64,000 nt of DNA from assembly GCA_024572335.1 (NCBI GenBank), contig GCA_024572335.1_3052.1; one strand, written 5' to 3'. The stretch comes from a phage. Every line of letters starts with the position of its first letter. Positions within the stretch are counted from its first letter, which is position 1. Of this stretch, positions 48,143-58,085 are shown in pieces. Below the pieces are notes generated by a model, which saw nothing but the letters and a program-made list of their open reading frames with translations, did not search any database and was not told where the DNA came from. A program made the position numbers and the translations under genes.

Positions 48143-48664
48143 TTATCCTTTCATTGAAGGCGTAACGGTTGTTAAATACTTAATCATAGCTTCAGCTTCT
48201 GATTTTGATAGTGAAATTTCTTCACCGTTTTGGCGAATAGAAACAAAATCTGGATGACGATCACCACCAGCTTTTAAAACACACATATAAGTATCAGCTT
48301 CGCCTTCAATATTTGAAATGATTGAAGCAGTTCCACACGAATGTGGTTTTTGATAAATCAATACAGCTTTTCTTCCACCATTTGACTGTTCATAGGCTTT
48401 TAATACATCAAACAAATCAGTTCTTTTATCAATAGCTAAAATGTTATTTTCATCTTCAATGTTAAATCCTTCGGATACTTCATAAAGCGTTACCCATAAA
48501 TCGCCAATATCAATAACAGCATTTACTTTTCCACGGCTTTCAAGAGTATGACAAATTTTCTTGATTTCGTCATAACTCATTTTAATAATATCATCTCCTT
48601 GACTAAGAAAGATGTCATTTTTAAATTCAACACGAATTAAACCACTTCCACTTGAAATAAACAT
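48143..48664 (-). CDS. Hypothetical protein (paralog pair member)
   Basis: 173 aa; C-terminal EAEAMIKYLTTVTPSM resembles next ORF. Confidence 0.45.
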   Translation of the reverse strand: MFISSGSGLIRVEFKNDIFLSQGDDIIKMSYDEIKKICHTLESRGKVNAVIDIGDLWVTLYEVSEGFNIEDENNILAIDKRTDLFDVLKAYEQSNGGRKAVLIYQKPHSCGTASIISNIEGEADTYMCVLKAGGDRHPDFVSIRQNGEEISLSKSEAEAMIKYLTTVTPSMKG

Positions 48665-48670
48665 ATTTCC

Positions 48671-49228
48671 TCACTTTGAAATCATAGTTGGAATAACAGA
48701 ATCAAGATAAGTCTTTAGTGCAATAGCTTCGTCTTTGGTAAATGTGACAATATGTGCTCGAAAATCGTCAATTTGACGAATAGTTAAGACATCTCCTTCT
48801 TCATAACATTTTGATACGTTTAAAACAGTTTCATCATTCTGATTGCAAGCGTTAGTAATAATAGCATTGCAATTTTTAAACCATTTTAAACTATGTTTTC
48901 TTTCATTAGAATAATAAAAATATTTAATCTTATCTATAAAACTATCCCAATGGATAACTGATAAGCATATTGACTCGCTTTCAATATTAAATCCTGGGCA
49001 TGAAGAATAAAAATGAATTTTATGCTCATCATTAATGCTTACAATTTTATCAGTATAAGGATTTTCAATTTTGGTTAAATGAATGATTTCACTAGGCGTA
49101 AAATATAACATGTCATCTTCTTGCGTCAAACGATACATGTTATTTACTTTTTCTATAGCCAATTCACCAAAAAGTGGACTAACTTCTAATACTAATCGTT
49201 TCATATTGATTCTCTTCGACTCGCTCAC
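48671..49228 (-). CDS. Hypothetical protein (paralog pair member)
   Basis: 185 aa; GTG start with AAAGGAG 9 nt upstream; C-terminal DEAIALKTYLDSVIPTM. Confidence 0.45.
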   Translation of the reverse strand: MSESKRINMKRLVLEVSPLFGELAIEKVNNMYRLTQEDDMLYFTPSEIIHLTKIENPYTDKIVSINDEHKIHFYSSCPGFNIESESICLSVIHWDSFIDKIKYFYYSNERKHSLKWFKNCNAIITNACNQNDETVLNVSKCYEEGDVLTIRQIDDFRAHIVTFTKDEAIALKTYLDSVIPTMISK

Positions 49229-49230
49229 AA

Positions 49231-49335
49231 TTACATACTCCTTTGAATAATATCAATAATGTTGTTCACCAGATTATAGGTAAACAAAGGATAATTATAT
49301 TGAATCATCACATACACAACAAACAAAATTTTCAT
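49231..49335 (-). CDS. Very small hydrophobic ORF (leader peptide candidate)
   Basis: 34 aa hand-translated MKILFVVYVMIQYNYPLFTYNLVNNIIDIIQRSM; SD GAGGAG; immediately downstream of an early promoter. Confidence 0.25.
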   Translation of the reverse strand: MKILFVVYVMIQYNYPLFTYNLVNNIIDIIQRSM

Positions 49336-49360
49336 TCTCTTCTCCTCAGTAGTTGACAAG

Positions 49361-49393
49361 ATTACTATACCATAACCTTGCCAACTTGTAAAC
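49361..49393 (-). promoter_or_regulatory. Early promoter
   Basis: GTTTAC, 17 nt, GGTATAGTAA; followed by 34-aa leader ORF. Confidence 0.5.
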
Positions 49394-49558
49394 CATTAAA
49401 TGACGTTTTCGATAAAATTCTGAAGCTTTGTATGAGCATCAACCATGATTTTCATTTCTTCTTTAGCGAAAGCTGTGCCTCTTTCTCGAGAAGAACATTC
49501 ATAGTCAGAAACTGCGTTAGCATATTCTTCAATTAGTTTCATTAAAAACATCTGCTTT

Positions 49559-49753
49559 TCAGTTTTCATTATTCCACCTAATCATTTCAAGATATTGAAC
49601 TAACTTAGCTTTAGATTTATCCAAATCCTTTTTAGCTGTTTCTATACCGTCGTATGAATATCCTTCACAATGCTCAACCGCTAATTGATATGAATCTATT
49701 TCAATATCACGTGCTAATTTAATGATTTTTTCAAACTGTTCGCGTGTTAGCAT
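49559..49753 (-). CDS. Hypothetical small protein
   Basis: 64 aa ATG ORF. Confidence 0.35.
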   Translation of the reverse strand: MLTREQFEKIIKLARDIEIDSYQLAVEHCEGYSYDGIETAKKDLDKSKAKLVQYLEMIRWNNEN

Positions 49754-49755
49754 AC

Positions 49756-49959
49756 TTAAACTCTCGTATTATGATCGATAATTTCATCAAGAAACATATC
49801 TAACGCTTCTATAGCATTATCCACTTTAGTTTCAAAGTCTTTAATGCCTTTATTCGAAATACCCGATGAATACCAAGCAAAGTCAATCAGCTCTTCATCT
49901 GCTTTACGAATTGAAGCCACTAATTCCTTGATTTTATCTGCTTGCTCTATACTAATCAT
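49756..49959 (-). CDS. Hypothetical small protein
   Basis: Track ORF 49756..49995 has GTG start; ATG at 49959. Confidence 0.35.
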   Translation of the reverse strand: MISIEQADKIKELVASIRKADEELIDFAWYSSGISNKGIKDFETKVDNAIEALDMFLDEIIDHNTRV

Positions 49960-50147
49960 TATTCCACCACATATGACAGAGAGAATATTGCACACGCCAT
50001 GTGAGTTGCAACTTCATCACACATATTATAACGTTTCTTAAGAAGTTCTACAAGTTCTTCACTAGTAACTTCATCCATGTCGACGAAAAAATCACCATTA
50101 ATGATGACGTAGATATTTCCTTCTTGATTGAGCGCTTCAATTTTCAT
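49959..50147 (-). CDS. Hypothetical small protein
   Basis: Track start TTG at 50192 lies in a promoter; ATG at 50147 follows SD GAGGAG. Confidence 0.35.
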
Positions 50148-50174
50148 GATGTTCTCCTCTTTATCTAATAGTTG

Positions 50175-50205
50175 TATAGTATCACAGCTCAAACGGAAAG
50201 TAAAC
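50175..50205 (-). promoter_or_regulatory. Early promoter
   Basis: GTTTAC, 17 nt, GATACTATAC; directly downstream of a terminator. Confidence 0.5.
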
Positions 50206-50221
50206 CGGTAAAATGAAAAAA

Positions 50222-50237
50222 GTCTCCCGAAGGAGAC
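50222..50237 (-). terminator. Intrinsic terminator
   Basis: GUCUCC-UUCG-GGAGAC followed by U6. Confidence 0.8.
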
Positions 50238-50242
50238 TAATG

Positions 50243-50629
50243 TTATTCGAGGGAAAGAAGATACTTACTCTGGTAAAACATTCCAGTAATATCATCTATC
50301 GTGCTTTGAATGGCTGGAGGCATTTCTTTATAAATGCTGTTAGATTGGTCTAGTATGCGATCAATCATTTTAATTGTGTCGGTAGGAAGTTTACTGGCAT
50401 CTGGAATTGAAGGCGTGTATTTTCTACCAGAATACCCCAAATATTGCTCACCAAATTTATCAATCAAATCTGGCAACTCGGAGAAAATAAAATCGTATGC
50501 TTTGTGTCTAGCATAACTTTTAGTTTCAAAATGCGCAGAATGAAAATAAGCTTGTGCAGCCATTAATAAACCTAAGTATTCATCTGCCTTTGAAGGTTTT
50601 CCACTTTGTGAAAAGTCGCTGAATTTCAT
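50243..50629 (-). CDS. Hypothetical protein (rI.-1 position)
   Basis: 128 aa ATG ORF between a terminator and rI. Confidence 0.45.
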
Positions 50630-50919
50630 TCAGTCTCCAATTTAATGTTCATAATTCTAGCGTATGATTGTGCCATCTCCGCGCCTCGTTCTATACATTC
50701 AAAATCAGAAGAGCACGGGTCATTTTTATAGGTCGTTCTCATAAAACTATAGAACTGTTCAGATGATTCTACGCTTTTATTTTCAAAAAGCATATAAACA
50801 TGTCTAATACCAGATTCCATAAATTTATCAAAATGAGGATCGACATTCGCTTCAATTGATGGAGATAAAGCAAATGACAATCCTAGCATGGCAAAAAGTG
50901 CCGTTGCTTTTAAGGCCAT
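50626..50919 (-). CDS. rI: Lysis inhibition regulator RI (periplasmic, signal-anchored)
   Basis: 97 aa; N-terminal MALKATALFAMLGLSFALSPSIEA signal sequence; size and position as T4 RI next to tk. Confidence 0.6.
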   Translation of the reverse strand: MALKATALFAMLGLSFALSPSIEANVDPHFDKFMESGIRHVYMLFENKSVESSEQFYSFMRTTYKNDPCSSDFECIERGAEMAQSYARIMNIKLETE

Positions 50920-50931
50920 AAAGGCCTCCTA

Positions 50932-51144
50932 TCATTTTTGTCCTGTATTTACTTTATGCCGGTGCACGGCCTTAACTTTATCAAGGTATTTTTCAAAATT
51001 TCGCAATCTAGTATAGTCTGCCGGAGATTGGTTGAGTGATACTTCTCGACGCAAAGCTGAAATGATATTTCCAACTTCCCTACGAATTTCATCTAATTGA
51101 AGCACAGTAAGATTGCGAAGTTGCTTTTCAGTTAATTGTAGCAT
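50932..51144 (-). CDS. Hypothetical small protein
   Basis: 70 aa ATG ORF. Confidence 0.4.
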
Positions 51145-51186
51145 ATATACCCCTTTAGTTAGATAAACCTATTTATAACTTTTGCA

Positions 51187-51768
51187 CTAACCGAGCTTTT
51201 TAGTTAATTCGTTCCAGTGTTTTCTACACAAAGAAACATAAATTTCATCACCAATACAGATTTGATTACCTTCTTTAACTGGTGTTCCATCTTCCATTAA
51301 TCGAGCTGTCATAATCGCTTTTTTACCACAATGACAAACTGCCTTTAGTTCAATAAGTTTATCTGCAATCGCTAAAAGTTCTTTAGAACCTTCAAACAAT
51401 TTTCCAGCGAAATCAGTCCTTAATCCATAAGCCATAACAGGAACATTATATGTATCAACAATTCGGCTCAATTGATGCACTTGTTCAGTTTTTAAAAACT
51501 GAGCTTCATCTACAAATACACAATGAATATCTTTTTGTGCTTCAGCCCATTTATAGAACTCGAAAATATCCATATCATCTGTAATAATATTCGCTTCCTG
51601 CTTAATTCCAATGCGAGAAACAACTTCACAGACAGAATCGCGAGTATCAATAGCAGGCTTAAGAACTAATACACCCATTCCACGTTCTTTATAATTATGT
51701 GCAGCAGTCAAAAGAGAAGCAGATTTTCCAGCATTCATTGCTGCATAAGTAAAAATTAAACTCGCCAT
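51187..51768 (-). CDS. tk: Thymidine kinase
   Basis: 193 aa; P-loop MNAGKSASLL; C-terminal zinc-binding cysteines/His. Confidence 0.85.
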   Translation of the reverse strand: MASLIFTYAAMNAGKSASLLTAAHNYKERGMGVLVLKPAIDTRDSVCEVVSRIGIKQEANIITDDMDIFEFYKWAEAQKDIHCVFVDEAQFLKTEQVHQLSRIVDTYNVPVMAYGLRTDFAGKLFEGSKELLAIADKLIELKAVCHCGKKAIMTARLMEDGTPVKEGNQICIGDEIYVSLCRKHWNELTKKLG

Positions 51769-51777
51769 ATCACCTTC

Positions 51778-51963
51778 TTAAAGCGTATTCACATAAGCTA
51801 TTAATTCATTTTCTTTCTTATCAAACCGATCAGCAAATTCTTCCTGCTGTTCGGGAGATAGCGGGCCGTATTCATCATAAAAGGTGTTTGCTTCTGTATG
51901 CTCATCTAGAAGTTCATGGATAAGCTCAAACAATTTATCTTTTTGTTCTTTACTCAGACTCAT
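51778..51963 (-). CDS. Hypothetical small acidic protein
   Basis: 61 aa ATG ORF. Confidence 0.4.
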   Translation of the reverse strand: MSLSKEQKDKLFELIHELLDEHTEANTFYDEYGPLSPEQQEEFADRFDKKENELIAYVNTL

Positions 51964-52129
51964 ATATTAATTTCCAGGAGTTTTAAAATAATTCGCTTTT
52001 GCTTAAATATTTCCATAGTTAAATGATCAGTATCTTTTTGACCAATTCCAATGGCAAAACCTTTATTAGCAGCGAGTTCAATTAAATTATCAAGCTCACG
52101 TAACACTTCGTATTGTAACTCAAAACTAT

Positions 52130-52336
52130 TCATTTTGGTTTACCTTCTTTAACGAAATCTGGATAAGGATAAAATCCCGAATAAAATCCTTCACCTTTAT
52201 GATTGATACATCCTTTATTAGAACAATAGCACCAATAATCGAAATCACAAGTCATTTCATCGTTGCATAAAGCAAAAACAACCGGCCACTTACACTTTTC
52301 ACAGTGGGCATTTTTAAGAATGCTAGTTTGGCTCAT
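52130..52336 (-). CDS. Small Cys-rich protein
   Basis: Track ORF 52130..52357; ATG at 52336 follows AGGTGA; cysteine pattern CEKC...C...C...CYC...C. Confidence 0.4.
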   Translation of the reverse strand: MSQTSILKNAHCEKCKWPVVFALCNDEMTCDFDYWCYCSNKGCINHKGEGFYSGFYPYPDFVKEGKPK

Positions 52337-52545
52337 AACCATGTCACCTTTAAGCAATATTCTTCTACGTGCTGTTTACGACCTTTCTTATCAATAAAGG
52401 TATATTCAACGAATGTTCCAATGTAGTCTTTATCTACATCATGTGGACTATTAATTGGACATTTAGTACGGCAAATGCGTTCCCATTGACGAATAATTAC
52501 TGCTTTGTTTTTAGGATCAAACGGATGCGGGTAATGTACTTTCAT
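52333..52545 (-). CDS. Hypothetical small protein
   Basis: 70 aa ATG ORF. Confidence 0.4.
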   Translation of the reverse strand: MKVHYPHPFDPKNKAVIIRQWERICRTKCPINSPHDVDKDYIGTFVEYTFIDKKGRKQHVEEYCLKVTWL

Positions 52546-52996
52546 AATCCACCACTATTAAATCAATATCAGGAGTAAACATGTCAATTAATTTAGAAAC
52601 CTTATCCCAATCGCCGCCAGCGATACCACAACCTATGCGTGGAATGTAAATTACTGGTTTGAACAAAAGGGTTTCTGCCTGTAGATTTAATTCTATCATG
52701 CAGTTTACTAAAGCACCATAATCAAGATTAGGACCTGGTTCGTATTGCGTATACAGGTTATAGCATATACCAAATCCCGTAGGACTATGTTTAAAAACAA
52801 TAGACATATCGCCTAATTTATCACGAGAACCGTACTCAGTAGTGGTTTTATCTATTTCTAAAATTTTGGGATAGGCTCTTGCTAATTGACCCGCTACACC
52901 TGAACCCATAGTATGAAAACAATTGCACCCGTGCGCAATAATATTACCTTGAAGAAATAGGGCGACAATATCGCCCTTGATATATTTTACAATCAT
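52517..52996 (-). CDS. Macro domain protein (ADP-ribose binding/hydrolase fold)
   Basis: 159 aa; GDIV...NIIAHGCNC...GSGVAG and IPRIGCGIAGG motifs typical of macro domains. Confidence 0.65.
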   Translation of the reverse strand: MIVKYIKGDIVALFLQGNIIAHGCNCFHTMGSGVAGQLARAYPKILEIDKTTTEYGSRDKLGDMSIVFKHSPTGFGICYNLYTQYEPGPNLDYGALVNCMIELNLQAETLLFKPVIYIPRIGCGIAGGDWDKVSKLIDMFTPDIDLIVVDYESTLPASV

Positions 52997-53334
52997 CTAG
53001 TACTCAATCCTCGATTATAAGAATCTACCAAACGGTCAACCATTGAATGACAAGCGGCTTTATCTTTCTCCTCCGCAACTGAACATTCTAAGGTATTCCA
53101 CTTTTTAGCATATCGTTTTAACAATGTATCATTTTTGTATCTGCTTGATTTATCTCTTTCTCCGTCTTTATATGCATATATTAATTTCTGCGCAAATTCA
53201 GCTTGGCATGCTTTATTTTTCCCGCAATAATCCGCTGCAGTACGGTTTACATACTCTCTAATTTCAGTATATGATGTATCTGCTAACGCAGAAAATGAAA
53301 TTAATCCTATACATAAAACCAAAATTTTAGTCAT
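52993..53334 (-). CDS. Secreted/periplasmic protein
   Basis: 113 aa; signal peptide MTKILVLCIGLISFSALA; four conserved Cys. Confidence 0.45.
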   Translation of the reverse strand: MTKILVLCIGLISFSALADTSYTEIREYVNRTAADYCGKNKACQAEFAQKLIYAYKDGERDKSSRYKNDTLLKRYAKKWNTLECSVAEEKDKAACHSMVDRLVDSYNRGLSTR

Positions 53335-53872
53335 TTACTATTTCCAAAAGTTTATTATTTTTAAGGTAATTAGCCTTTTCTAGGACTTCAGAAGCATATT
53401 TAGAACCTGCTTTAACATTCCATCCCGAATTATAAGAGGATATTGCTTTTCTTATATCGCCCTTATGTATATTTAACCAATAAGAAAGTTCAATGTACGC
53501 CCAGGAAGCTGAATTGGACCGTTTATTCAACATTCTTTTTATTTCAGCATCGGTCATATTATAACCAAGTTCCTTAACTCTTGCTCGCATAGTAGGCAAA
53601 TAATTTTGGAACATTCCATAAGCGTGATGCTTTGGTTTAGATTTTAAATTAACTCCGCCAGAGCTTTCTTGCCATAAAATAGCAGCCATTATATGACCTA
53701 ATCCGCTCTTGTGGATATTTTTGTGTGTTTTATATTTTCCATCCTTAGAAAATTGTTCCCCGAATTGATACGCGTAACGCATGTTATCGAGTTGGACATT
53801 ACTGAAAGTATGCTCGGAGCTATGTGCCATCATTGAAATGGCCAATAGACCAGCGAGTAGTGCTTTTCTCAT
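53327..53872 (-). CDS. Secreted lytic transglycosylase-like (SLT domain) protein
   Basis: 181 aa; signal peptide; SLT-like ILWQESSGG ... GMFQ ... YNSG motifs. Confidence 0.55.
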   Translation of the reverse strand: MRKALLAGLLAISMMAHSSEHTFSNVQLDNMRYAYQFGEQFSKDGKYKTHKNIHKSGLGHIMAAILWQESSGGVNLKSKPKHHAYGMFQNYLPTMRARVKELGYNMTDAEIKRMLNKRSNSASWAYIELSYWLNIHKGDIRKAISSYNSGWNVKAGSKYASEVLEKANYLKNNKLLEIVND

Positions 53873-53879
53873 GCTTACC

Positions 53880-54341
53880 TCATTGAGTTTTAATTACTGC
53901 TTTAGAAGCCTTTCCTGGTAAACGACGACTGTTGATAATTGCCATCCTACATTGAAGTGACGGGTCTTTGAACTTCGCATTAGGTTTACAAACTGTAAAT
54001 CCAAGCCAAAGATTTCCATTTGTGATTTCTAAACGTCCAGGACGGTATTCAACCCCATCAATAAAATCCTCGTCAATGTCAGGACGCGGAGGCATACTCA
54101 GGAATTCATTAACTTCTAAAACATGGTCTTTTATTTTATGGAATAATTCAAAAACGTATGTCTCATCAATCTCCCGTTGAATTGCACGATCAAGAAGATG
54201 TTGAGAATATTTTAGATGAAACGATGAGACTCCTTCTGCTTTTGATGCTTCACGAATCTCATTGTTAATTTGACGAAACTCCGACTCAAAGTGACGACGA
54301 AGCTTATTTCGACGGATAAAAACTTCTGTATTGATAGTCAT
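53880..54341 (-). CDS. regB: Endoribonuclease RegB
   Basis: 153 aa as T4 RegB; position between tk-side ORFs and the lysozyme side; own early promoter and SD GGAG. Confidence 0.55.
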   Translation of the reverse strand: MTINTEVFIRRNKLRRHFESEFRQINNEIREASKAEGVSSFHLKYSQHLLDRAIQREIDETYVFELFHKIKDHVLEVNEFLSMPPRPDIDEDFIDGVEYRPGRLEITNGNLWLGFTVCKPNAKFKDPSLQCRMAIINSRRLPGKASKAVIKTQ

Positions 54342-54369
54342 GTTATTCTCCTCTTAACTGATAGAAAAA

Positions 54370-54398
54370 TTATACCACAGTCAAGAGGAAAAGTAAAC
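54370..54398 (-). promoter_or_regulatory. Early promoter upstream of regB
   Basis: GTTTAC, 17 nt, tgGTATAAT; SD GGAG. Confidence 0.55.
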
Positions 54399-54400
54399 AG

Positions 54401-54679
54401 TTATTCTTTAAATCTAATCAATTTATTCATAGACTTTGAAACTTCTGCACGAACCTCATGTAAGTTTTTAAGCTGTTCAAGACGCTGCTCATAGTAAGCA
54501 ATTTCATCTTCTTCGAGACAGTCCTGTGAATCTTCTTTAAGATAACGTGCATAGTCCTGAAAAGCTTTACGGACTACTTCCTGAAAGTCATCAAGACTTT
54601 GAATTTTCTTAGGAGCGGCAGATACACGACGAGGTGCAGTATAATACTCATAACCAAACCCTGCACTTAATTGAGCCAT
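54401..54679 (-). CDS. Hypothetical protein
   Basis: Track ORF 54401..54721 has GTG start; ATG at 54679. Confidence 0.4.
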   Translation of the reverse strand: MAQLSAGFGYEYYTAPRRVSAAPKKIQSLDDFQEVVRKAFQDYARYLKEDSQDCLEEDEIAYYEQRLEQLKNLHEVRAEVSKSMNKLIRFKE

Positions 54680-54945
54680 TAGTATTTTTCCTCTGGTTGG
54701 AACACTGCACGACAAGCCCACATACTGGCTTCTTTGAGTTTCGTTTTAGCAATAGTTAACTGATCGAGGCTTTCAGCATAATTCTTCGCGAGTTCATAGT
54801 CTTCACAGCTATTAAATGCTTCCCAAAATTCATCGTATAAAGCATCAAAGATAAGTCCTAAACGAACTTCAGCGTCTTTGATAGCATTCACTTTACCGAT
54901 TTTCTCTTCAGTATGCGGCTTATAACTTTTAATGTCTTCAATCAT
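54679..54945 (-). CDS. Hypothetical protein
   Basis: Track ORF 54679..54981 has TTG start; ATG at 54945 follows SD GAGGAAG. Confidence 0.4.
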   Translation of the reverse strand: MIEDIKSYKPHTEEKIGKVNAIKDAEVRLGLIFDALYDEFWEAFNSCEDYELAKNYAESLDQLTIAKTKLKEASMWACRAVFQPEEKY

Positions 54946-55159
54946 ATTTGACTTCCTCACCAGTACATAAATCATATTCAACTAAACGAATAGGTTCATG
55001 AATGCCATATCCTTGAACAGAAATTTCTGTCGTAGGATAAATTCCATCAATATCACCCATATTCCAGGCTTCGTTAAATTGCTGTTCGCCTGAATTACTA
55101 AACCACTCGGCGAAAGCATTTAGCACATCTTTAGAACCTTCAATAATTATCTTTGCCAT
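54938..55159 (-). CDS. Hypothetical small protein
   Basis: 73 aa ATG ORF. Confidence 0.4.
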   Translation of the reverse strand: MAKIIIEGSKDVLNAFAEWFSNSGEQQFNEAWNMGDIDGIYPTTEISVQGYGIHEPIRLVEYDLCTGEEVKYD

Positions 55160-55521
55160 TACAAACTCTCAGTAAAGGTACGAGCGATAACGTCGCGCTG
55201 CTGTTCCGGAGTCAGAGAGTTAAAGCGAACTGCATATCCGGATACACGGATGGTCAGCTGCGGATATTTTTCCGGATGCTTAACTGCATCTTCCAGAGTT
55301 TCGCGACGCAGAACGTTAACGTTCAGGTGTTGACCACCTTCAATTTTAACTGTAGGCTGTTGCTCAATTTCAATTTCACGGGCATGCAAACCGTAGAAAA
55401 TTTCTGGGTCTACAAAAGAGTCCTCTTTAAAGGTTTTGGAGACAATAATTCGTGCTTGAATACCATCTTCAAAATAAATAGTACCTTTATGTGTGCCTTC
55501 AAGAATTTGATATGCTTTCAT
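55159..55521 (-). CDS. Autonomous glycyl radical cofactor-like protein (GrcA/YfiD-like)
   Basis: 120 aa; glycyl radical signature [11 protein letters not shown] near C-terminus. Confidence 0.6.
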   Translation of the reverse strand: MKAYQILEGTHKGTIYFEDGIQARIIVSKTFKEDSFVDPEIFYGLHAREIEIEQQPTVKIEGGQHLNVNVLRRETLEDAVKHPEKYPQLTIRVSGYAVRFNSLTPEQQRDVIARTFTESL

Positions 55522-55528
55522 ATAAACC

Positions 55529-55909
55529 TCAATTAGAAAATAAATTTATCCAAGATTGTTCTTTAATTAAAAATGGCTCAGAATCATATGCCATTAAACT
55601 CTGTGTGATTAGTCCTTTAAAAGGCCCATCAATAAATTCCATGGTAAAATATGGAATTTTATTCATTAGCCGTGCATTAGGAGCAGTACATAAAACTCTG
55701 CATCCTTTGAATACGCCTTTTTGTAATTTGTATTGCTTAGGATAAAATTCGCTTAAAATGTTATTTTTTGCCAAAATTTCAAAATGATTCACCAATTTAT
55801 TTTTAATAGTTTTTGGCGAAAAATAAAGATATTCGAAAAGCTGAGTGTCTGTCATCATTGCATTCCAATCACAAAAAATTGAGGACGAGTAATACCACCA
55901 ATGCAACAT
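55529..55909 (-). CDS. Hypothetical protein
   Basis: 126 aa ATG ORF. Confidence 0.4.
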   Translation of the reverse strand: MLHWWYYSSSIFCDWNAMMTDTQLFEYLYFSPKTIKNKLVNHFEILAKNNILSEFYPKQYKLQKGVFKGCRVLCTAPNARLMNKIPYFTMEFIDGPFKGLITQSLMAYDSEPFLIKEQSWINLFSN

Positions 55910-56394
55910 TTACTATTACAGCAGTAGTGTACAGTGTCAATATGGACACTATAAATCTTATCCATATCAGGAGATTTGACAGGCTCATCAATTATATACA
56001 AAATTCGCGAAAGCGATAAACCTCTGAACTTGCTTCCTTTATTACCAATAAAACTGCGCACAGAATCAGTAAATAAACGAAAACGTATATCATCATTAGA
56101 ATAACGCGAAAATTCCTTTTTAATGTTATTTGCAGAAATTTTAGCGTAAGCTGAAGTATTAGAAAGAACAATAACTGTTCCGCCATCATACAGCCAATTA
56201 GCAGCAAAGTTAGTCACAGCAATTGATTTACCAGATTGACGTCCACCGTCTAGTCGAAGTGTGCAATACTGCTTAAATAATTCTTCAAATGGCGGGATAT
56301 ATTCGTTTTTACAAATTTCTTCTACTCTAGCATCAGAATGGTGTGTAAAAGCATTCATCAGGGATAGATAAGGACCAGTTAAAAATGTTCTCAT
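55855..56394 (-). CDS. Small P-loop NTPase
   Basis: Walker A DGGRQSGKS, Walker B ILYIIDEP; likely start ATG 56394 (track start 56442). Confidence 0.5.
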   Translation of the reverse strand: MRTFLTGPYLSLMNAFTHHSDARVEEICKNEYIPPFEELFKQYCTLRLDGGRQSGKSIAVTNFAANWLYDGGTVIVLSNTSAYAKISANNIKKEFSRYSNDDIRFRLFTDSVRSFIGNKGSKFRGLSLSRILYIIDEPVKSPDMDKIYSVHIDTVHYCCNSKCCIGGITRPQFFVIGMQ

Positions 56395-56535
56395 TTTATT
56401 CTCTCTAGGTTTGGGCCATTCCGTGGCGCATGAATTGTCCATTTCTGTATTTACCCATTACCGCACTTGGGCTCGACCTTATTACAGGTTGGCGGGAATC
56501 CCTCATAGAATCATGAGGTCCAGTTTGTTCCCATA

Positions 56536-57009
56536 TTATTTGAACGATTTAACGTACTGAATAGAACCCTTACTATTCACAAAGGCAATTTTACCATTTT
56601 TATTATACATGGTAGCAGTACGCTGATAACCATAGGTTTGTTTACCAGATTGATAACCAACTAATGCAAAATTATCTTCACCCATTTTATTCTGTTTAGC
56701 GCGAATGCGTTCATGACCATGTGCCATAAGAACCTTAGCATCACCAGTTGCAATGGATCGACGAGTTTTTTCATCTTCAACTGCATTAACAAAGTCGTCA
56801 AATGAATCAAATTTAGCATGAGATTTATTATACAATTTTCCATCTACTGCATAATTATATCCCTGTACATCCATCTCAACTTCTGTACCATCATCCAATA
56901 CAGCAGTAATTTTTTGACCTTTTTTAAATTTCAAAAGATCAGTAAAAGATTCAGCAATAATTTGAGAATTAATAGCTGCTTCAGTGATAAATTCTTGATA
57001 TGTTTTCAT
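56536..57009 (-). CDS. Internal protein (IP) with capsid targeting sequence
   Basis: 157 aa; N-terminal MKTYQEFITEA matches the T4 IP capsid-targeting decapeptide; located just downstream of e as T4 ipIII/ipII. Confidence 0.6.
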   Translation of the reverse strand: MKTYQEFITEAAINSQIIAESFTDLLKFKKGQKITAVLDDGTEVEMDVQGYNYAVDGKLYNKSHAKFDSFDDFVNAVEDEKTRRSIATGDAKVLMAHGHERIRAKQNKMGEDNFALVGYQSGKQTYGYQRTATMYNKNGKIAFVNSKGSIQYVKSFK

Positions 57010-57060
57010 GGGTTTCCTTTAAATATTTTAATTAGTAATTTGTCTCTTCAAGCAACTGTG

Positions 57061-57093
57061 AATATACTATCACAATTCTAGGAGAAAGTAAAC
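57061..57093 (-). promoter_or_regulatory. Early promoter upstream of the IP gene
   Basis: GTTTAC, 17 nt, GATAGTATAT. Confidence 0.5.
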
Positions 57094-57097
57094 AACT

Positions 57098-58066
<969 letters not shown>

Positions 58067-58085
<19 letters not shown>

